From: Candidatus Bathyarchaeota archaeon
Lineage (GTDB): Archaea; Thermoproteota; Bathyarchaeia; Bathyarchaeales; Bathycorpusculaceae
NCBI GenBank assembly: GCA_963828195.1
Contig: CAWHDT010000001.1
Span: forward strand, 320,001-384,000
DNA length: 64,000 bases
Direction: 5' to 3'
Positions 38,851 to 48,617 of this stretch are shown here, in pieces. The notes under the pieces were generated by a model. The model searched no databases. It saw only the letters and a program-made list of their open reading frames with translations, and was not told where the DNA came from. Position 1 is the stretch's first letter. Every line of letters starts with the position of its first letter. The position numbers were made by a program, and so were the translations under genes.

Positions 38851-39029
38851 TGACATTGCACAGTTTTTACCTTTCAGCTTCGCAGCTTCTGTTTTTTGGA
38901 TTCAGCGAGGCTATCTTCTTGGAAACAGCTTTGACTTTGAGCAGTCGTTAAAGACAAAAAATTTTTATTCGCAACATATCTGCAGGTACTTCAATATGAA
39001 ATTGCGCGCCATTTACAGCGGGATAAAGC

Positions 39030-39704
39030 ATGCTTGACCAAGCCATCGAACACTACAAAGAAGCACTAAAGATACGCCGAACATTAGCCGAAATAGACCC
39101 AAACTTCAAACCAAAGCTAGCCAACGCAATAAACAACCTTGCCAACGCCTACCATAGTGGAGGAATGATTGACCAAGCTATCGAATACTATAAAGAAGCT
39201 CTAAAGATTCGGCGAGAACTAGTTGATGCAGACTCAGGATCCAAAACAAAACTTGCCAACGCCCTTAGCAACCTCGGCCTCGCGTATCGTGGCAAGGGGT
39301 TTTTCGATGAAGCCATCGAAAAATTTAGGGAAGCTTTGCAGATACGGCGTGAATTAGTTGAAATTGATGCAAGTTTCAAACCAAAACTTGCCAATTTGCT
39401 CAGCAACCTTGCCAACGCATATTACAGCAAGGGTTTGCTTGACCAAGCGATCGAGTTCTACAAAGAAGCTTTGAAATTGCGAAGGGAATTAGTCGAAAAC
39501 GATTTCACGGTTCAATTCACGTTTTCCCTTATTTTGCTCGGAATCGCTTTTGGCACTCGAGGATTGGAAGATGATAAGACTCGTGCAAAGAATTTGTACA
39601 ATGAAGCTAAATCGATGATGCAGGAGCCTTCAGTTATAAGGAGCCCCCAGTATCCAGACATGGTAAATTTGGCGGAAATTCTCTATTCGCTGGTTGCCAG
39701 ATAA
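39030..39704 (+). CDS. tetratricopeptide-repeat protein
   Basis: About four 41-aa repeats LANA.NNLA.AY...G..DQAIE.YKEAL.IRREL. Confidence 0.9.
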   Translation: MLDQAIEHYKEALKIRRTLAEIDPNFKPKLANAINNLANAYHSGGMIDQAIEYYKEALKIRRELVDADSGSKTKLANALSNLGLAYRGKGFFDEAIEKFREALQIRRELVEIDASFKPKLANLLSNLANAYYSKGLLDQAIEFYKEALKLRRELVENDFTVQFTFSLILLGIAFGTRGLEDDKTRAKNLYNEAKSMMQEPSVIRSPQYPDMVNLAEILYSLVAR

Positions 39705-39831
39705 AAGCTTTTTTTGGGACATCCACGAGTTGTGAGGAGTTAAAAAAAAAAATAATGCCTTAATCAAATGGTTATCCCCATTTCTTCACCCGTTATTTAA
39801 GATGGCAGATTGCACTTGGATGCTTTGGATG

Positions 39832-41661
39832 TTACTCTTCATTGCTTAAATAGGTCTGCAGTTTTTCAATTTCTTGGCTCAGCATACCGAAATAGTTTTT
39901 GAGTGTTTCTTGGCGTTCTTCAATATGTCTGTTGAATTCTATTAGCAGTCGGTCAAACTGTTCCTTTTCCAGTTTAAGCGCTGTACTTAATGCTTGGATT
40001 ATTTTTTCGTTGTCTGCGATTCGGTTTCTGTAAGCTATAATTGCCTGTAACGTTGGTTCTTGAGGTAGATCGCCTGCCAAATTAGGTTTAGCAATAAGAT
40101 CTGATGTGTCTTCGATATCAATTAATTTCGTCTTTGCATTTTCCATTTCTTCACGAACCGATCCGAAGTAGTTTTCAAGTGTTCTCTCTCTCTCATCCAC
40201 CAGTTTATTTAGTTCTATCAGGTCTTGGGCAAGTTGCTCTCTCTTAGACTTAAGCGCGGTTTTTATAGCGTGGATTCTTTTCGCGGCACTTGAAACGCGG
40301 TTTAAATGAGCCAAAGTTTCATCAGCTGTCGGCTCCTGAGCTGAGGCAGGTTCTAAATCGGGTTTACCTACTTCTATAGTGGCTGCGAATTTGGATTGAG
40401 GTTCCATTATTTCTTTTAGGTTTGTTTTCGACATAATTGTCGCTTCCATTACTTTTTCTTGGGCTATTTTTGGAGTTGGGGCATTTAATTGCAGCGCTGG
40501 TTGTTGAGTGGTTTCTTGAGGTACCGTTGACGAAATAAGCACTGGCGTTGCTGACTGACCATTTTCTGGAGTGGATGTTTCTGGGTTAAGTGTTGAGGCT
40601 GTTGAAGATTGAGTGGTGGGTGTTTCATCGGTATTTGTAGAGTGATTTCTTCTCAAGAACAACGTGAGAATTGTGAATGTAAAGATTCCTGTTGCTATTA
40701 GGAGCCATGAGAAGAGGCTTACGGTATTTTCCACACTGTTAGGCGTTGGGGTAGGTCCAGATGTTGGCGTTGAAGAAGACGAAGGCGTGGGTGTCGATGA
40801 GGAAGTGGGTGTAGGAGTGGGATTGGTAGTTCCATCACTACTGGCAATTGTGAAAGTTGCGGTTTGGTTTTCTGCCATTGGTATGTTTATGCCGGCATAG
40901 GTTCCTGAGTTTATTGCTACGCTGATTTCGGCTTGGCCTGCGGTTGCGTTGTCGGGAATTTGGAGGATGGTTGATAACTGAGTTTGATTGGAGTTTGCTA
41001 TTTGGCTGTTTTGAATTTCTGTTTGGTTAATTATTTGACCCGTAGAATCTTGCAAGCTGAAAGTAACGTTTGCTGTTTGGGCTTGTCCTGGATTGTTTAT
41101 TGTTGCGTTAATTGAAACAAAGTCGCTGGGGGAAAAGACGGTATCGTTTTGGCCTTGTGAATTTGCGAGGTTGATGGCAGTAGTTTCAAGGTCCCATTGA
41201 GCTGTAAAGTTTAGACTTTTCTGAATAATGCCGTTGGTTGTTTGTATGGTTGCTATGGCTTGCCAAGTGCCAACCAGTAAGCTTTCATTTTCGCTTGCAA
41301 TTGGAAGACGGAATGAAAAACCTGCTTCCCCAGTGGTGTTTGTTGTTTCTATTCTGGTGATGGCAGTTTGGGAATTAGAATTTTGGGGGCCAGTTACGTT
41401 AAAGTAAACTAAGATGTCCGGTTGGGATGCATTGCCGTAAGTTACCGTTGCTAGGAGTTGAATTTGGTCGAAGGGTGCAAAGGTTGTGGTTACGTTGTTT
41501 TTGTTATTTTCTGCGGTAAGGCTCATTGCCCATTGGTTGTTTGATGTGTTATTTTGAGCGTGGGCCACGTTTAATGTTTGAGTTATTGCAAGTGAAAGAA
41601 TTAAAATTAGGAGAACGTTTAAAATCCGGTAGCACGCCTTTGAATTCTTCTGTCTTCTCAT
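39832..41661 (-). CDS. single-pass membrane protein: extracellular Ig-like pair, P/T/S linker, TM, cytoplasmic duplicated coiled coil
   Basis: Signal peptide; TM LFSWLLIATGIFTFTILTLFLRR; two repeats ..TALK..REQ...L.E.N...ER..TL.NYFG; 10 bp after pstA. Confidence 0.8.
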   Translation of the reverse strand: MRRQKNSKACYRILNVLLILILSLAITQTLNVAHAQNNTSNNQWAMSLTAENNKNNVTTTFAPFDQIQLLATVTYGNASQPDILVYFNVTGPQNSNSQTAITRIETTNTTGEAGFSFRLPIASENESLLVGTWQAIATIQTTNGIIQKSLNFTAQWDLETTAINLANSQGQNDTVFSPSDFVSINATINNPGQAQTANVTFSLQDSTGQIINQTEIQNSQIANSNQTQLSTILQIPDNATAGQAEISVAINSGTYAGINIPMAENQTATFTIASSDGTTNPTPTPTSSSTPTPSSSSTPTSGPTPTPNSVENTVSLFSWLLIATGIFTFTILTLFLRRNHSTNTDETPTTQSSTASTLNPETSTPENGQSATPVLISSTVPQETTQQPALQLNAPTPKIAQEKVMEATIMSKTNLKEIMEPQSKFAATIEVGKPDLEPASAQEPTADETLAHLNRVSSAAKRIHAIKTALKSKREQLAQDLIELNKLVDERERTLENYFGSVREEMENAKTKLIDIEDTSDLIAKPNLAGDLPQEPTLQAIIAYRNRIADNEKIIQALSTALKLEKEQFDRLLIEFNRHIEERQETLKNYFGMLSQEIEKLQTYLSNEE

Positions 41662-41671
41662 CTTTTTACAC

Positions 41672-43081
41672 TTATTGCCCCGTGATTTTCTTAGTTAAAT
41701 AGTTTCTTGCAATTAACGCAACAATGCAGATTGCTAAATATATCAAAACAAGATAGAATGCAGCCGCGCATACTACACCGTATTGCAAAAAAGCGGCGTT
41801 CGTATTAGGAGGCCCGGCGCCAAAGATCATTAAACTTGGTGCCTGCCAAATGAATACAGGCAAGTTTGGAATTTGCGTATGTAAACCAAACAGTTGGCTT
41901 AATGGTGGCAAAATCGTGGCTTTTCCGTTATCACCTATTACTCCCGCTTGGCTAACGTTCCCTACTGGGGTCCAGCTGGCGGTTAATGCTACAACTATTG
42001 TTTCTCCGATAGCTGATCCGAAGCCCAACAAAATTCCAGTTATTATTCCAGGTAACGCAGCAAAAAGTACTGCGTGTCGTGTCGTCTGCCATTTTGTTGC
42101 TCCAAGTGCAAAGGAGGCTTCTCGATAAGAGCCTGGTACGGATCGAATTGATTCTTCCGCTATTCGAATGTTCCATGGTAGAATCATGAATGCCAACGAT
42201 ATTGATCCTCCTATCAAAGTAAATCCCCAATGTAGAAATATGACAAAAACTGCCGCTCCTACTAAACCAATCACAACTGATGGAACTCCAGCCAGAGTTT
42301 CGACAAAATATCGGATAGTGATCGTAAATTTATTTTGACTTGCGTATTCTGAAAGGTATATAGCGGCTCCTAAACCTAGTGGTATAGCTATAAATTCACA
42401 AAAACCCGCAAGAAGTAAGGAACCTATTGCATACGGCAGTAATCCCCCAATGGAACCTTTGTTTACGCCTTCGATTACTTTAGTGGTCCAGGTAAATCCC
42501 CAATTTGAACTTGTGAAAAATGTCCAAGAAAGATAAGGTGATGCTCTCACTGCTAAGTAGGTGATCATACCTATCAAGATGCCTGCACAAATTAATCCCG
42601 ATAACCTTAAACCGAATTTTGCCAAGTTTTCTGTAACTATTGGCAGGTCTTTTGATTTAACTGAGGTATTTCTTCTTTTGTTGATTTCAATTGCAGCTGC
42701 TACAGCGGATAAAACAGTAATAATTAGGGCAAATTCGATATTTAAATTTCCTGAGACTGCCAATAATAGCGCTGTCACGCTGGACAATATTGACAATTTC
42801 CATCCATACGAATGCCCTTCCAAAAGAAGGTAACCTGTGGCAAATAAAATTAATGCTGGCCCCATTATCAGCAGCGAGTATGTTGTGTCAGCAACTAATC
42901 TATCAATAGTTGTTTGACCGAAGCCCTCTATTTGGATAGAATTAATAAGGTGAATTGCACCGGGCAAAGCCACAGCTACTCCTGCAGCAAATAGCAGGGC
43001 ACCTGCTACAAGGTTTTCCTTTTTCCTTTTCTTTAAATATCCCCATAGTTTCGTTGTTTCTTTTTTTAAGTTGTAATTCAT
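41672..43081 (-). CDS. pstA: phosphate ABC permease PstA with N-terminal multi-TM extension
   Basis: AIYLSEYA, LAGVPSVVIG, EESIRSVP..YREASFALGATKWQT, AIGET. Confidence 0.9.
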   Translation of the reverse strand: MNYNLKKETTKLWGYLKKRKKENLVAGALLFAAGVAVALPGAIHLINSIQIEGFGQTTIDRLVADTTYSLLIMGPALILFATGYLLLEGHSYGWKLSILSSVTALLLAVSGNLNIEFALIITVLSAVAAAIEINKRRNTSVKSKDLPIVTENLAKFGLRLSGLICAGILIGMITYLAVRASPYLSWTFFTSSNWGFTWTTKVIEGVNKGSIGGLLPYAIGSLLLAGFCEFIAIPLGLGAAIYLSEYASQNKFTITIRYFVETLAGVPSVVIGLVGAAVFVIFLHWGFTLIGGSISLAFMILPWNIRIAEESIRSVPGSYREASFALGATKWQTTRHAVLFAALPGIITGILLGFGSAIGETIVVALTASWTPVGNVSQAGVIGDNGKATILPPLSQLFGLHTQIPNLPVFIWQAPSLMIFGAGPPNTNAAFLQYGVVCAAAFYLVLIYLAICIVALIARNYLTKKITGQ

Positions 43082-43106
43082 TTGCGTACCATTTCCTTGG
43101 GGATAA

Positions 43107-43973
43107 CTATCCTTTTGTTTTGTTTCTGCTTGCTGTGAGAGTTCTTATTACCAAATTGGTAAGTGCACACATGATGAAGAGAATAATTGCGCCCCCGAAA
43201 ACTAGACTGTAAATCGAGCTTCCGGGTTCGAAAGTGTCTTGTGTAGCTCTCGTCGCGATCCATGCGGTGAGGGAGTTGGTTTGGACAAATGGACTGAGGT
43301 TAATTGACGGTGGAGTAATTTGGCCGATTACCCATATTACGGCCATTGTTTCTCCTATGGCATTTGCGAAGGCTAGAACAATTGACGTGATTATTCCAGA
43401 CGATGCGCTTGACATTAGGACTCGAGTTGTCGTCTGCCATTTTGTTGCTCCCATTCCTAGAGATGCTTCTCTTAAATCTCCGGGTACTGCTCTTAAAGAA
43501 TCTTCTGAAACGCTTGTAATTAGTGGTAACGACATTATTCCAAGAACTATCCAGCCAACTAAAGTGCATTTTTCCGCATTCACGATTCCGAAGACACTTA
43601 AGTTAGCACATAAAATGATGAAACCTAAAAAACCGATGATGACTGATGGAAATCCGTTTAAGACTTCTAGGGTTGGTTTTATGATGTTTCTTATTCTTTT
43701 ATCAGCAAACTCCGCCAAGTATATTGCGCAGGGAATTCCGATAGCTACTCCTAATATTATGCCGCCAACGGCCAGGTATAACGTATCAAACATGTAAGGA
43801 ACCATCGGGTATATCGGGGAGCTGTTAAATCCATTAGCGATAAACTCGAATATTGTTGAGTACCCGTTAATTATTAAAAAAAACACTATGAAGAAAACTA
43901 TGCCGATTGAAGAGACAGCGCAAGAAAGCAAAGCTGCTTTGATCAAGTTTTCTTTAAGAAGCTTTTTATTCAT
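43107..43973 (-). CDS. pstC: phosphate ABC permease PstC
   Basis: AIYLAEFA, IKPTLEVL.GFPSVIIG, SEDSLRAVP.DLREASLGMGATKWQT, AIGETMAV. Confidence 0.92.
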   Translation of the reverse strand: MNKKLLKENLIKAALLSCAVSSIGIVFFIVFFLIINGYSTIFEFIANGFNSSPIYPMVPYMFDTLYLAVGGIILGVAIGIPCAIYLAEFADKRIRNIIKPTLEVLNGFPSVIIGFLGFIILCANLSVFGIVNAEKCTLVGWIVLGIMSLPLITSVSEDSLRAVPGDLREASLGMGATKWQTTTRVLMSSASSGIITSIVLAFANAIGETMAVIWVIGQITPPSINLSPFVQTNSLTAWIATRATQDTFEPGSSIYSLVFGGAIILFIMCALTNLVIRTLTASRNKTKG

Positions 43974-44037
43974 GCCTCCCCGTTTTCTCCTTTCTTCTGT
44001 GCGTCTAAAAAGTTGGAAACTGCTAAGATAATGCTTT

Positions 44038-44115
44038 TCTATTTATAATTCATAGTCTAATTAGAAACACCTGTGCTCACAGGTTATCGCTTCCCAGATC
44101 AATAGACTAAATTGT
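44038..44115. promoter_or_regulatory. divergent pstC/pstS promoter region with CTAATTAG palindrome (44057-44064)
   Basis: CTAWWTAG variant next to TTATAAATAG (minus strand); AATAGACTAAATTG at 44101-44114. Confidence 0.45.
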
Positions 44116-44211
44116 TTACCATAAATTACATCGACAAGCTAGATATTCACTCGACACAAAGGTATTGTCTGAACGAGTAATCGTTCAAAGATCTAGAAAG
44201 GAGAATAAAAA

Positions 44212-45684
44212 ATGAATAGTAAACAAAAAACAATAGTATCTATGTTGATATTAGCATTGCTAGCACTTACGACAGCTGCAACTTTTGTAAATGCATCGGG
44301 CTTACCTTTCCAAAACAACCAGTTAGTCAATTCAAACACATTGACCATTTATGGCTCAAGCACAGTTCTTCCAATTGCTAACGAAGAAGCAGGCCAATGG
44401 CAAACATACTGGAACAACTTGGTCACTCTAAACCCCAGCTGGGGCGCAGATTCATGCACCACACCAGTTACTCCCGTAGGTCAAGGCAGCGGAACAGCAA
44501 TCCCCGCATTGACAGCCGGAACAGCTGATATTGGTGAAATGTCTAGACCACCAAACAATCAAACCACTGAATGGCTCTCAACAACGGTGCCCAGCCTGCA
44601 GATTTGGGGCGTCGGAATCGACAGCGTCGCAATCGTTTTGAGTCCTGACATGACCTGGTTCGTAACAGAACTCGCCACATTAGAAGGCACATCTAATCCA
44701 GGCCTAAACACTGCAGAAGTCGCTGCACTATTCGGAAATGGCGTGGTTGGCAGCCCTAACATTGGTGGACTACCGACAACAACATTCAACACTTGGAATG
44801 ACTTCTTCAACTACTACTTCCCAACCAACTACACAGCAGTTCCACAAGGAAGCAACACCATTAACCGGGCAGTGAGAGATCCAACTTCAGGAACATTCGA
44901 CTGCTTCAACAACTACTTTGCAGTACCAAACGGCTACCAATTTGAACACAAAACCAACAGTATCGTTGACGCTTCTCAGAACATGGCAGCATACACTTAC
45001 TGCGAAGCAAACATTGACATCTACAACACAGTACACGCTGGAACTAACTACATCGGCTTCATATCCTTAGGCTACCTCCAAGTCTACGGCGGCATGATTG
45101 GCATATCCGTCTCATACAACACTGCGAGCCTTCCGAGCTCAACTATAGCGGTCGTTACTCCAGCAGTATGGAGTACATACGTTACGCCAACACGAGACAA
45201 CGTAATCTACGCACTCTCAAACTACAAAGACACTGCAGCCACAGGTCAATACTTCGCATGGAGATACCTCTGGGAAGTAACACCTAGCACAATCCCATCC
45301 ACTGGTCCACTCTTAGAAACAGGAGTCTGGATTGCATACATGATGGAGCCAGGCACAACTGGAAACAGCACTAACCCAAGCAACTTCGTTAACGACCAAG
45401 CCTACATTAGTCTTGACCGTGACGACATGGCCGGCACACCAACACTCAACGGCGCATTAGGCGTACAAACTTCAAGTCTACAACCAGGTCAGACCACAAC
45501 TATCCCAGACGGCAAAGTTAACTTCCACGACTTAACCTACTTCGTCTCTGCTTACATCGCATACTACAACCAAGGAACATACAACCCATACGCAGACATG
45601 AACGCTGACGGCAAAATCAACTTCAACGACCTCAAACTCTTCGTATCAACATACATAGCATACTTTACAACATACGTACCATAA
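44212..45684 (+). CDS. pstS: PstS-type phosphate-binding protein with C-terminal dockerin
   Basis: IYGSSTVLP, GSGTAI, DIGEMSRP, RDPTSGT, IGFISLG; dockerin PDGKVNFHD...ADMNADGKINFND; divergent from pstCA; SD GAAAGGAG. Confidence 0.9.
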   Translation: MNSKQKTIVSMLILALLALTTAATFVNASGLPFQNNQLVNSNTLTIYGSSTVLPIANEEAGQWQTYWNNLVTLNPSWGADSCTTPVTPVGQGSGTAIPALTAGTADIGEMSRPPNNQTTEWLSTTVPSLQIWGVGIDSVAIVLSPDMTWFVTELATLEGTSNPGLNTAEVAALFGNGVVGSPNIGGLPTTTFNTWNDFFNYYFPTNYTAVPQGSNTINRAVRDPTSGTFDCFNNYFAVPNGYQFEHKTNSIVDASQNMAAYTYCEANIDIYNTVHAGTNYIGFISLGYLQVYGGMIGISVSYNTASLPSSTIAVVTPAVWSTYVTPTRDNVIYALSNYKDTAATGQYFAWRYLWEVTPSTIPSTGPLLETGVWIAYMMEPGTTGNSTNPSNFVNDQAYISLDRDDMAGTPTLNGALGVQTSSLQPGQTTTIPDGKVNFHDLTYFVSAYIAYYNQGTYNPYADMNADGKINFNDLKLFVSTYIAYFTTYVP

Positions 45685-45696
45685 AAAAACCCCATC

Positions 45697-45710
45697 TTTT
45701 CTTTTTTTTT
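45697..45710 (+). terminator. T-tract between pstS and scaffoldin gene
   Basis: TTTTCTTTTTTTTT. Confidence 0.45.
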
Positions 45711-45738
45711 ATGATAACATGAAAGGAGAACAAAAAAA

Positions 45739-47937
45739 ATGAAAACCAAAATATTTAAAACCAAATCAGTAATAGCTTTGGCACTGGTCCTTTTTATGGT
45801 CGTGCCAATGCTGTTTGCGGCTTTACCAGGTGTTAAAGCCCAAACCACGCCAGTGCTCAGCGTTGTTCCTGATGGCCAACCAGGCGCCACCATGACAACA
45901 ATGATAGCTGGCTTGGCGGTCGGCTCAACATTCACGGTAGACATCCGCGTCGACGACATAGGCGACATTAGCCAAGGCATAAACGGCTTAAGCTACAGCA
46001 TAACCTACAACGCAGCAGTCCTCCAACTAACTGGACACGCAACAAAGAACGCATCATTCTGGGGTGCCAACGTAGGTGACGTCACATCTATCGTCACTAC
46101 AAGCAGCGGCGTCTTCACAGAATCCGCAATCATCGTTCCATCCGGAGCACCAGACGAATCAACAAACACACCAGGCGTTGCAACAACCTTAACCTTCAAA
46201 GTACTAACCACAGGACAAAGCGACATTAACTTCCAGCCAAGCGACGTCGGAGTAGCATACTTAACCTACCCAGATGCAGTGGGAAATAGCCACGACGTAA
46301 CTGCCAACGTAGAGAACGCAATATACAACCAATTAACCACCTCAATCAGCGCATATCAACATGGCACAGCCAACTCAGTCATCCAATTCGCTCCAAACAC
46401 TGACCCAATAGGCAGCACCTTCACAGTAGACGTCAACATCACCAACCAATTAGCAGAGCCCATATGGGGATACAATGTCGGCGTCAACTGGAACCCAGCA
46501 GTACTCCAACTAGAAACAGTGACTGAAGGAACATACCTCAACAGCGCACCAGGCCTATATGATGGCAGCTCAACACTCTTCATTGCAGGATCAATAGACA
46601 ACGTCCACGGAGACATCCCACAAGGCGTCAGCGACGTATACCTGACAAACGAGACAACCACATCACTGTCAGGCACACTGTTCAACTTAACCTTCGAAGT
46701 AATAAACTACGCCAACAGCAGCATAAACTTAACCCCAGGCAATCCAACATTGATCGACAACCTTGGAAACAGCCAATCAGTCACCCTAAACAGCGCACAA
46801 TATGTCACCCTAGCACCACCAGCACCTACCTCACCAGTTGCAGTTATATCTCCTCCAGCATCAACAATGTACCTCGCAGGAGCACCACTATCCTTAACAG
46901 GAATAAACTCTCAACCAGGAGTTGACTACATTCCAAACGCACAATCGCCAATCTTCCCAATCACAACATACACTTGGACCGTACCAGCAGGTATCACCAT
47001 TACTGGCCAAGGCACAGCCACAATAAACTTCACAGGACCAACCCCAGCAGCTGATATCACAATCGGATTAACCGTCTCAACCGCAACAAACCCATCAGAC
47101 CTATCATACGTTAACGTAAGCAACGAAACAACAATCATACTATCACCAGCATTCACCAACCCAACCACTGCAGGCGCACAAATAGACGTTTACGTAGTAG
47201 CACCCTTCCCATACGCAGGATTCGCTCCCATTAGCCAAGGAATCTTCAACAACACAAACCCAGCCGCTTCCTTAGTAGACACCTACGCACCACAACAACT
47301 CATGAGCCTAGAAGCATACGTCGGATATAACGGAGCAACAGTAGCAGACAAACTGGTAACATTCTACGTAACAGCCTACAACAACCCAAGTGATGTAATC
47401 GCAACATTCGTAGGATACACCAATGACAACGGAATCATAGACACATCCTATCGCCTACCAAACTATAACAGCTCTGTCATGCCCTTCGGAGAATACACAG
47501 TAACCGCAACCGTTGATGTCGCACAAGTACAAGTAACCGACTGCTTTAGCTTCGAATACAACTATATCCTGAACTTCGCATCAGTAACAACACCCGCAGA
47601 AACAGCCCGAGGCCAAGCAGCAACCTCACAAATAACCATAGCTAACAACGCATTCACAACCCAACCATACTACCTAACCTACACCGTCACAGACAACAAC
47701 AACGTACCAATCCTTTCAGGTTCAGCCAATGGAACAGCTACAATTGTTGCAACTCCAATTAACGCCCAAGGAATTAACACAGCATTTACAATCACCTTGA
47801 ACCTTCCATCATACGCTTTCGTTGGAACAGCAACCCTACACGTAGACCTCTTCAACGCCAACCCAGCAACTCAAAACGGCCTACCATACTGCCCAGAAAA
47901 CGACCAAACATTCACCATCGCAATCCCAGCAGCATAA
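45739..47937 (+). CDS. scaffoldin-like secreted protein: two cohesins, PKD-like domain, C-terminal Ig-like pair
   Basis: Cohesins VGSTFTVDIRV...GLSYSITYNAAVLQ and IGSTFTVDVNITN...VNWNPAVLQ...EGTYL; no TM anchor. Confidence 0.82.
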   Translation: MKTKIFKTKSVIALALVLFMVVPMLFAALPGVKAQTTPVLSVVPDGQPGATMTTMIAGLAVGSTFTVDIRVDDIGDISQGINGLSYSITYNAAVLQLTGHATKNASFWGANVGDVTSIVTTSSGVFTESAIIVPSGAPDESTNTPGVATTLTFKVLTTGQSDINFQPSDVGVAYLTYPDAVGNSHDVTANVENAIYNQLTTSISAYQHGTANSVIQFAPNTDPIGSTFTVDVNITNQLAEPIWGYNVGVNWNPAVLQLETVTEGTYLNSAPGLYDGSSTLFIAGSIDNVHGDIPQGVSDVYLTNETTTSLSGTLFNLTFEVINYANSSINLTPGNPTLIDNLGNSQSVTLNSAQYVTLAPPAPTSPVAVISPPASTMYLAGAPLSLTGINSQPGVDYIPNAQSPIFPITTYTWTVPAGITITGQGTATINFTGPTPAADITIGLTVSTATNPSDLSYVNVSNETTIILSPAFTNPTTAGAQIDVYVVAPFPYAGFAPISQGIFNNTNPAASLVDTYAPQQLMSLEAYVGYNGATVADKLVTFYVTAYNNPSDVIATFVGYTNDNGIIDTSYRLPNYNSSVMPFGEYTVTATVDVAQVQVTDCFSFEYNYILNFASVTTPAETARGQAATSQITIANNAFTTQPYYLTYTVTDNNNVPILSGSANGTATIVATPINAQGINTAFTITLNLPSYAFVGTATLHVDLFNANPATQNGLPYCPENDQTFTIAIPAA

Positions 47938-47983
47938 ACAGTACTACCATAAACAAACAAAACATAAAACAAAAAACCAATCC

Positions 47984-47997
47984 TTTTTTCTTTTTTT
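47984..47997 (+). terminator. T-tract terminator
   Basis: TTTTTTCTTTTTTT after stop at 47937. Confidence 0.5.
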
Positions 47998-48163
47998 GCA
48001 AATACCTATTTTCTATAGTAAATTGACTTAATTGACTAAATTTGTATTTAGCAATCGGAGAACTACTGAAAGCTTCGATGAAGTGGAAGTAACTAACTTG
48101 ACCTACAATTTGCAATTTGCTTCTTGGTGTAACCTTTGTTTGACAGAAAAATCGGTTTTTTTT

Positions 48164-48260
48164 CAAAAGAAGAAGAAAAACGTTTTCTCCGACCTTCTTC
48201 TTTCTGAGAGGATTGTTCTCTTTGTTTCTCAGATTGTCTTTTTCAAAAATCTTTGAAACT
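48164..48260. repeat. hairpin intergenic element, copy 2
   Basis: AAAGAAGAAG/CTTCTTCTTT, TCTGAGA/TCTCAGA and TTTCAAA/TTTGAAA inverted repeats; similar to the reverse complement of 8765-8885. Confidence 0.55.
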
Positions 48261-48617
48261 AAACACGCGCGCAATTGCTAAATTACAACGTTATAAGTTG
48301 ACCCAAACAAGAAGCCGTTATAAATTTCCTGCTTGGATTAAATTAGATTATAAGAGAAAAATGATTGCATCTTTTTTAAATTGACTATTGACTGCTTTAA
48401 GAGTTATTCAACAATTTGAGAACAAAACTCTTTAGCATCTAAGAATCGCTATGTGCAATATATAGAATAATTTGGTTAGCTAAAATAACGTCTATGCTGA
48501 CAATACATTTGATAAGGAGGAGGTCTCTGTGAACTTCGTAAAAACTCATTGCGCCTTAATGTTATAAAATATTTTGGCGAAATCACGAAATTAACAGAAG
48601 ACTGAGGGGGAAATAAT

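Noticed and set aside
33000-45684. Diversity-generating retroelement TR/VR pair in the duplicated PstS-dockerin DNA
   Set aside because: Both copies are coding, differences are not adenine-specific by eye, and no reverse transcriptase is present
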